From the human T2T-CHM13v2.0 reference genome, Homo sapiens: a DNA stretch of 64,000 nt. Below, in pieces: positions 1 to 64,000 of this stretch. Position numbers and translations under genes: made by a program. Below the pieces are notes generated by a model. That model was not told the DNA's origin. It did not search any database and worked only from the letters and a program-made list of their open reading frames with translations. Numbering within the stretch: position 1 is the stretch's first letter; each line of letters begins with the position of its first letter. The stretch lies in assembly GCF_009914755.1 (NCBI RefSeq), contig NC_060929.1; one strand, 5' to 3'.

Positions 1-569
1 TTTGCTTCCTCAAATTCTCATGGTTGAGTAAAGTTTAGTTAAGTATTCAAGGTGCCTTTGTTAGATTACAGTACGGAGGGTAGAGGAAAGGAATACTTTT
101 GGAGAATTTTGAGAAGTGGTGAAACTACCAGCACTTCAGGGTATTGTCTCTGGGCAAAATGTCTCTTGATTCTTGCTCTTTCTTGGAAACTCAAAAGAAA
201 GAACAAGAGATCTTATAACAAATCATGTGGCAGCGAGCCCAGTGTGGCTGAAATAGAAGAAGGTCCAATGGTGCAGTTTTGAGAGGGCATGTTAGAAAAA
301 GCACTTCACCCAGGGTGAGAGGCATTTAGTCCCAGGAGCCTTAGGATTTGGACTTTATCTCAAAACTATACAGTTTGTAGCAAAAAGAAGGAAGTACTAC
401 ATAAACACTTCACTTGTATCTTCACAACCTTTTATTTCCACATGTACTACAAATGTTATTTTTCCTTTTTGAATCAAATTCTGTAAACACAGAATTGAAA
501 GCTTTCAGAAGAACTAAAGATAATCAGGCTACTAATGCTCTGCTTTCTTTTTATAAAAAATATGTATAT

Positions 570-851
570 TTTAAAGAGATGGAGTTTCACTCTGTTGTCC
601 CGGCTGGAGTGCAGTGGTGCAAAAATAGCTCACTGCATCCTCGAGTTCCTGGGCTCAAGTGATCCTCCTTTCTCAGACTCCTGGGTGGTTAGGACTATAG
701 GCATGTGCCACCACGTCCAGCTAAGTTTTTTTATTTTTGTAGAGATGGGGTCTTGCTATGTGCTGGTTTGGAACTCCTGGGCTCAAGTGATCCTCCCCAC
801 CTCAGCCTCCCAAATTGTTGGGCTTACAGGCTTGAGCCACTGCACCCAGCC
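570..851 (-). mobile_element. Alu (AluJ-like)
   Basis: Antisense dimeric Alu, diverged. Confidence 0.92.
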
Positions 852-1781
852 ATGCTCTACTTCCATACTACTAACATTACAAGTTTATTTCCGTTATCTT
901 TTGATTTAGGTATTTCCATTGTTTTATGAAATGTGAACACGATAGTATGCTGACAGTATAAGCCCCTGTTGAACATATTGATGTATATTAGCTCGAAAAG
1001 TCCTAAGGTCTGGGTTTTCATCTTCTATGTAAGAATTAGTGAACTTCTTAAAAAGACATTGTGAATTTAAAATGTGAACTATTAAATGAGGAGAATGCAC
1101 ACCATGAGAACAAGGACTTTTTTTGTTTATTTACCACTGTATTCCCAGCACCAGGCATAGATAGGGCTTGACTCACTGTAGACACCAATACATAGTTGTT
1201 GAGTGGGAATAAAAGTGTATGAGGGAACTCCTAAACCTTTTGGAGTTGTAGGATTCCACTGTTTTGATTTATTGGCATTTTCCTGTCTCTCCTCAAAGTT
1301 TTCTGTGTTAAATTAAGGTAGGTTAATATGATGTGTTAGAAAATCTGGTGACATATGTTAAGATAATTGGCAATGTTCTGTTTTGTAATTCATAAATTAG
1401 TATTAACTGTACTCTTGACATTGGTGACCTTTACGAATTGTTCAATTTGGGTGCATATAGTTTCCATAGTGGTTTATTATTAGGCATTTTTTAAAAAACA
1501 GTCAAACTGTTTATCTGTTCATGAATGCTGTGGTGTATAAACCGGGTAGGGAGAGCAGTGCTGAGATTCTCATGCTGAGCAGATGGCAGGGCCTGCTTGC
1601 CAGCCACATGGCTTCCTCCTGCACACTGCCTTTGCTGCTCACACTCATCATATATTTTTCTGAATGCCCAGTCTCACCCATGCTATGGTCTTTAGGGGTC
1701 TCTTGGAAAGAGTTAAAATTTCAGATGTTAAATTCCTGAATGCCCAGAGACTACTGTAATAATTAGACTTTAAGGTGTTAG

Positions 1782-62037
<60,256 letters not shown>

Positions 62038-62095
62038 ATATTAAGGATCAAGCTGTTAGCTAATAATGCCACCTCTGCAGTTTTGGGAACAGGCA

Positions 62096-62101
62096 AATAA
62101 A
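62096..62101 (+). terminator. Candidate proximal poly(A) signal AATAAA
   Basis: AATAAA 58 nt after the stop codon. Confidence 0.45.
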
Positions 62102-62840
62102 GTATCAGTATACATGGTGATGTACATCTGTAGCAAAGCTCTTGGAGAAAATGAAGACTGAAGAAAGCAAAGCAAAAACTGTATAGAGAGATTTTTCAAA
62201 AGCAGTAATCCCTCAATTTTAAAAAAGGATTGAAAATTCTAAATGTCTTTCTGTGCATATTTTTTGTGTTAGGAATCAAAAGTATTTTATAAAAGGAGAA
62301 AGAACAGCCTCATTTTAGATGTAGTCCTGTTGGATTTTTTATGCCTCCTCAGTAACCAGAAATGTTTTAAAAAACTAAGTGTTTAGGATTTCAAGACAAC
62401 ATTATACATGGCTCTGAAATATCTGACACAATGTAAACATTGCAGGCACCTGCATTTTATGTTTTTTTTTTCAACAAATGTGACTAATTTGAAACTTTTA
62501 TGAACTTCTGAGCTGTCCCCTTGCAATTCAACCGCAGTTTGAATTAATCATATCAAATCAGTTTTAATTTTTTAAATTGTACTTCAGAGTCTATATTTCA
62601 AGGGCACATTTTCTCACTACTATTTTAATACATTAAAGGACTAAATAATCTTTCAGAGATGCTGGAAACAAATCATTTGCTTTATATGTTTCATTAGAAT
62701 ACCAATGAAACATACAACTTGAAAATTAGTAATAGTATTTTTGAAGATCCCATTTCTAATTGGAGATCTCTTTAATTTCGATCAACTTATAATGTGTAGT
62801 ACTATATTAAGTGCACTTGAGTGGAATTCAACATTTGACT

Positions 62841-62846
62841 AATAAA
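62841..62846 (+). terminator. Candidate poly(A) signal AATAAA
   Basis: AATAAA with GT-containing sequence downstream. Confidence 0.5.
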
Positions 62847-63398
62847 ATGAGTTCATCATGTTGGCAAGTGATGTGGCAATTATCTCTGGTGACAAAAGAG
62901 TAAAATCAAATATTTCTGCCTGTTACAAATATCAAGGAAGACCTGCTACTATGAAATAGATGACATTAATCTGTCTTCACTGTTTATAATACGGATGGAT
63001 TTTTTTTCAAATCAGTGTGTGTTTTGAGGTCTTATGTAATTGATGACATTTGAGAGAAATGGTGGCTTTTTTTAGCTACCTCTTTGTTCATTTAAGCACC
63101 AGTAAAGATCATGTCTTTTTATAGAAGTGTAGATTTTCTTTGTGACTTTGCTATCGTGCCTAAAGCTCTAAATATAGGTGAATGTGTGATGAATACTCAG
63201 ATTATTTGTCTCTCTATATAATTAGTTTGGTACTAAGTTTCTCAAAAAATTATTAACACATGAAAGACAATCTCTAAACCAGAAAAAGAAGTAGTACAAA
63301 TTTTGTTACTGTAATGCTCGCGTTTAGTGAGTTTAAAACACACAGTATCTTTTGGTTTTATAATCAGTTTCTATTTTGCTGTGCCTGAGATTAAGATC

Positions 63399-63435
63399 TG
63401 TGTATGTGTGTGTGTGTGTGTGTGCGTTTGTGTGT
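63399..63435. repeat. (TG)n microsatellite in 3' region
   Basis: Directly visible. Confidence 0.95.
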
Positions 63436-64000
63436 TAAAGCAGAAAAGACTTTTTTAAAAGTTTTAAGTGATAAATGCAATTTGTTAATTGATCTTAGAT
63501 CACTAGTAAACTCAGGGCTGAATTATACCATGTATATTCTATTAGAAGAAAGTAAACACCATCTTTATTCCTGCCCTTTTTCTTCTCTCAAAGTAGTTGT
63601 AGTTATATCTAGAAAGAAGCAATTTTGATTTCTTGAAAAGGTAGTTCCTGCACTCAGTTTAAACTAAAAATAATCATACTTGGATTTTATTTATTTTTGT
63701 CATAGTAAAAATTTTAATTTATATATATTTTTATTTAGTATTATCTTATTCTTTGCTATTTGCCAATCCTTTGTCATCAATTGTGTTAAATGAATTGAAA
63801 ATTCATGCCCTGTTCATTTTATTTTACTTTATTGGTTAGGATATTTAAAGGATTTTTGTATATATAATTTCTTAAATTAATATTCCAAAAGGTTAGTGGA
63901 CTTAGATTATAAATTATGGCAAAAATCTAAAAACAACAAAAATGATTTTTATACATTCTATTTCATTATTCCTCTTTTTCCAATAAGTCATACAATTGGT

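Larger units (their letters stand above)
62038..64000 (+). other. NNT: NNT 3' UTR region (true end not determinable; may extend past the window)
   Basis: AT-rich sequence without recognisable interspersed repeats after the stop; several poly(A) hexamers. Confidence 0.7.

Overview
This is primate genomic DNA, most likely human. It holds the 3' two-thirds of NNT (mitochondrial proton-translocating NAD(P) transhydrogenase) on the + strand: 15 coding exons (conventional exons 8-22, numbered back from the terminal exon), all with GT-AG boundaries and continuous phase. The stop codon is at 62035-62037, followed by an AT-rich 3' UTR. Introns are filled with Alus, L1s, MaLR LTR elements (THE1B, MSTA, MLT1D) and Tigger-family DNA transposon relics. 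There is no prokaryote-type novel system here. The most interesting structures are: (1) an ~8.2 kb antisense stack in intron 17 (full-length L1PA, then an intact-ORF RPL29 retrocopy, then an SVA) that appears to sit inside one target-site duplication; (2) that L1 lies at the dII/dIII domain boundary with antisense promoter, splice donors and antisense poly(A) signal positioned to break NNT into dI-dII and a free dIII starting at the exon 18 ATG (hypothesis); (3) an apparent gene-conversion tract between two L1 copies of different subfamilies 5857 bp apart; (4) a latent 69-nt poison pseudoexon in intron 20; (5) a twin-primed L1 with an unusually large internal gap; (6) a near-consensus CTCF site. 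Repeat subfamily calls are from recalled consensus sequences and need RepeatMasker/Dfam confirmation.
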